Below are positions 31,400 to 34,931 of a stretch of 34,931 bases of DNA, in pieces. This DNA comes from Octopus bimaculoides (taxonomy: Eukaryota). Position 1 is the first letter of the stretch; each line of letters begins with the position of its first letter. The position numbers and the translations under genes are program-made. The notes beneath the pieces were generated by a model that made no database searches, was not told the origin of the DNA, and was given only the letters and a program-made list of their open reading frames with translations. The stretch lies in assembly GCF_001194135.2 (NCBI RefSeq), contig NC_068984.1:121596002-121630932 (forward strand), written 5' to 3'.

Positions 31400-33490
31400 T
31401 CTCTGTGTTAGTCAGGATGAAGTTGATCCAAAGGAAATGCTCGTCTGTAACAGCAATGTAAATTATCATGTGTTTCTTTTTGTGAGATACCATGGGCCAC
31501 TTCAGAATATGCAGTTTTCAGAAAGGCAATGACTGAAATTGCATAAACAGCTGGAATATGGAGGGATTTTATCAGTAGCAGTCCAAGCTATAGCTGGGAA
31601 GTTATGCTTCATGTCTTTAAGCTTGAAAATAAAATAAGATAAAAAAGTGGAGATTATTCTGCCCATAGACTTAAACAAATTCAATGTTGTTTGTACTGCT
31701 CATGAATATCATTGACAATAAGTCCCATGTATTTTTTTTTGTGTATACTATCTGGTTGAGAGAATGTAGCTCTGTATTCCATATTTGGAGGGAAAAACAG
31801 TCCACACCAATGAGCCATTTATTTGATTTCATCAATTACATGTAGGTGACTCAGGCAAAGACTGTGTAGATATATATTTCCAATGGGGTATGTAAAGATG
31901 GAAGTGATGTTTTCTGGACAAGAGTAGCTAACAAAAATATGTGTGATGAAGATTTTGAGGTATTTGTGTGTCATCAGAAAATGGTACCTTGGGAGAGAGG
32001 GAAAGTTCCTAGCAACATTTGCCTTGTCTAGACTGTGGAAGAAGAGTCAAACCAAATTTCTTTTTATCCCCTGACTCTCTTTGGGTTTGGTGGAGTGAAA
32101 GGTTCTATGCATAAACTAACTTCTTACTGAAGTCATTCCTGGCTAAGAGTTCACTGAAGTAGGAGACCCATGGAAAATTTGCCTGCCTGAGGATAAATCA
32201 GGGAATCTTTTGCTTATACCAGCCATTAGATTCCTTATCATAGCTAGAGATAAATGGAATTCTTATAGACATATACTGTCCCTTAATTTGTTTTTCTATA
32301 AGATGGTACTTACCTGTTTTAAGATCTAGGAAATTTGTCATGGTTATGCTGTTGGAAATAGTAATATTTTCACTAAACTCTATATGCCTTTTGGGTTCTT
32401 TCAGAATTCACTCATGATGCGGTCATGCATAAGACTGTCAAACCATCATCTCTGTACAAATCTGAGATGTTATGGAGGAGGTTTGCTTCCTGACAGTATC
32501 AAGGATAAATGGACCCACAAAGTTAGCTGCCTCCACTTCATCATAAATTCCAATAAGGATGTAAAAAAATAGTTCTCTTCCTCTTTTGTGATCCATTAGG
32601 TATGGTTATGATATGAAAATGACTTTCTGGCATTCATTACTCTTTTAATATTGGGGTCTTTGAGTATGGTATATTGTTTCCTGAAGTCAAGAGTTTTCAA
32701 ACAGTGGATAAAAATCCAGAATATCAAATTGGAAGAATTTGCAAGCAGCTTTCATTTTTAATGACATGGAACCAACTGATAACAGCAGTGGTGCAACTCT
32801 GTTACTCTAGTATCATAGCACTTCTAATTTTAGGCTTAATGGCATCAAGAATATACTTGCTAACTATGTTTAATTTACTGTGGGAGAGCTTTCATTGGTC
32901 TGTATTTGAAGTTGCAGACGAAATTAGAAATGTAGTCCTTAAGGGTAATGGTGAGGAGGGTTTCATGGTAAGGTAGTCCATGCCATCTACTTTCTTAACT
33001 ATTTCTTTTACTTTAATCATGTATGGAATTGAATGTTGAGGGCTGATTTTATTCTTTTGTAAATATTGGTAACATTGCTCATTAGAGACCAATTGTGCAT
33101 TGTGGTGTCTAATTAATGTTTTTTTGTTTTATCTGAATAAAAATGTATGATGCTTTTTTCTTTTTAGATAAAAAATTTTTTAGGAAAAAATTGGTACCAT
33201 GCCAAAATCTTATCCATTTCTTTTTCCATGTTAATAAAATCATATTTAAAATTCTCAAGATCTTTCATCTGAGGATCACTTCAGGACTTGAGCCTGTATT
33301 TATCTGCAGGTGTTCCAGTAATTTTACTCTTGAAGAAATAGACTTTTTTGTATATCCACTTCAGCTCTCACTGATTAAATATCTTGCAAAAATAGATTAA
33401 AAGTGTATGGTCCAGATTCATGTGTGTCTATCAACGAAATAATTTCTGATATATATTTAAGCATTCCAACTTACTATATTTCTTTATTAA
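31400..33490 (-). mobile_element. Decayed near-full-length Penelope-like retroelement (RT plus C-terminal GIY-YIG endonuclease)
   Basis: Minus-strand motifs in order: MKDLENFKYDFINM; LNIVSKYILDAIKPKIR..AVISWF; QFDILDFYP (32705-32731); ILIGIYDEVEAANFVGPFILD; LYRDDGL (32440-32459); NFLDL; ISKRFPDLSS; SYSCPENI; CN**NQIN; EYRATF..KKKYMGL; LSYFIFKLK..PY..C..HCLSE. Many stops and frameshifts. Confidence 0.88.
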
Positions 33491-33641
33491 TGTAATCTGA
33501 AGATGCTATTCACTATCTTTCTAATACAGTTAGTTATTCATTTGTTTGTTCGTTTGTTGTTTGTTTTGCTTTTAAGATTATTAGATTATTTATTACTTCA
33601 TGAAAAATATGCACGAAAACTCCTTTATCAATATATATATA

Positions 33642-33696
<55 letters not shown>

Positions 33697-33729
33697 CTCT
33701 TATCTCTTACTTATTTCAGTCATTGGACT

Positions 33730-33993
33730 GCAGCCTTGCACCTGTGTGTGTGTTACTGCTTCCTTGCTTTGACTTTGTGCAATAGTTGTAAACAAATGTC
33801 ACTGCCATGCAAGCAGTGTACTTCATTTACAATCTTCCACAAAAAACATTTCCGGTCATGAGGAAACATTACCTTACATGGAATCAGGTGAAGGTTGGTG
33901 AAAGGAAGAGCTTCCAGCCATAGAAAATCCACTTCAGTGAATTTTATTCAACCCACGTCACCATGAACATGATGATGATGATGATGAGGAAGA
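33730..33993 (+). mobile_element. Diverged SINE/LINE 3' fragment sharing the RTE-type tail and (ATG)n
   Basis: gaaggttggtgaaaggaagagcttccagccatagaaaa...caacccacgtcaccatgaacatgatgatgatg resembles the family C terminus. Confidence 0.6.
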
Positions 33994-34254
33994 TGATATA
34001 TATCTATATATATATATATACAGATTATCACTTAATTCTTCATAAGTCAGAGACAAAAGCATATTCAGTACTCAGTACAACCAATAGAGCAGATTTATTT
34101 TTAATTTATCAAACAATGTATTATTGTTTATGGCATATAGTGATCAGGATGTTAATAATTTGTTTTATAACATCAAATATTGTCACAGACAGTATAACTG
34201 TCTCGTCACACATACTCCTAGTCAGCATTTCTGAAAAGATGCCAATATTGTGAA

Positions 34255-34452
34255 GTGGAAAAGCAGCAAGCTGGCAGAATGCATAGCGGCATTTTGTCAG
34301 TCTTCCCATTCCGAGTTCAAATTTTGCCAAGGTCAATTGTACCTTTCATCCTTTCGTGGTTGATAAAATAGTACCAGTTGAACACTGTGGTGAATGTAAT
34401 CAATTTACTCACTTTTTCGAAATTTCTGGCCTTGTGCCAAAATTTGAAACCA
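34255..34452 (+). mobile_element. SINE family B, forward orientation
   Basis: gcagcaagctggcagaat (A-box-like), ccgagttcaaatt (B-box-like), cctttcatcctttcgtggttgataaaatagtaccag, tail ggccttgtgccaaaatttgaaacc. Confidence 0.82.
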
Positions 34453-34561
34453 GTATTATCTCGTGGTAATGAAACTGGATGATGAAACTGATGATAACAT
34501 CCTGATCAGTTATGTCATTATCACTAATATACTGTTTAATGATATAAAAATGTATGTGTGA

Positions 34562-34606
<45 letters not shown>

Positions 34607-34717
34607 ACTGAACTGACAAGACTATTTGATGCTGTTATACAACATTGATCACAATGCACTTCTTCGGATTGTTGCAGCTTTCGAATAGTATCACTATGCT
34701 GCGTAGATGAGCAGGCC

Positions 34718-34756
34718 ATATATACATACATAAATACATAAACATACATACATACA

Positions 34757-34808
<52 letters not shown>

Positions 34809-34870
34809 CATACACACATATATATATACACACACACATACATACAAACATACATACATATATGCATACA

Positions 34871-34905
<35 letters not shown>

Positions 34906-34931
34906 GTGTATATATATATCATCATCATCAT
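34718..34931. repeat. (TACA)n/(TA)n microsatellite ending in an (ATC)n run at the window edge
   Basis: Directly visible. The TA-to-ATC junction is the same as at 29081 and 30160. Confidence 0.93.

Noticed and set aside
32307-32316. Perfect minus-strand splice donor cag|gtaagta
   Set aside because: It lies inside the Penelope RT thumb region (LKTGKYH) and has no matching acceptor.
32674-32976. 100-aa hydrophobic plus-strand ORF
   Set aside because: It is the antisense shadow of the Penelope RT region.
33490-34520. CTGAnGA strings (about 33497 and 34489) as possible hammerhead ribozyme cores near the Penelope element
   Set aside because: There is no GAAA after a stem II, and they are on the strand opposite the element.

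Overview
Eukaryotic, AT-rich, repeat-saturated non-coding DNA with eight N-gaps. The SINE/LINE families and extreme microsatellite load look like an octopus (coleoid cephalopod) draft assembly; this is inferred from recalled repeat families, not a database hit. I cannot support any host protein-coding gene, tRNA, rRNA or CRISPR array. Most ORF-track entries are microsatellite or gap artefacts. What I can support is a layered transposon landscape: a near-complete decayed Penelope-like retroelement (RT + GIY-YIG, minus strand, ~31.4-33.5 kb), old and young RTE-clade LINE fragments, an R4/Dong-like LINE fragment, a DD37D (maT) Tc1/mariner transposase remnant, several MITEs (hAT-, pogo/Tigger- and piggyBac-like ends), and at least five short repeat families, several with tRNA-like heads. 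The most unusual local structures are a perfect 109-bp copy pasted into a SINE with junction microhomology, a 176-bp foldback with G:T-compatible substitutions, young RTE copies sitting in (TA)n tracts, and a SINE split by 360 bp of unique-looking DNA. A few short candidate exons are listed as low-confidence findings only. Coordinates of decayed elements are approximate. Family labels A-H are my own working names.
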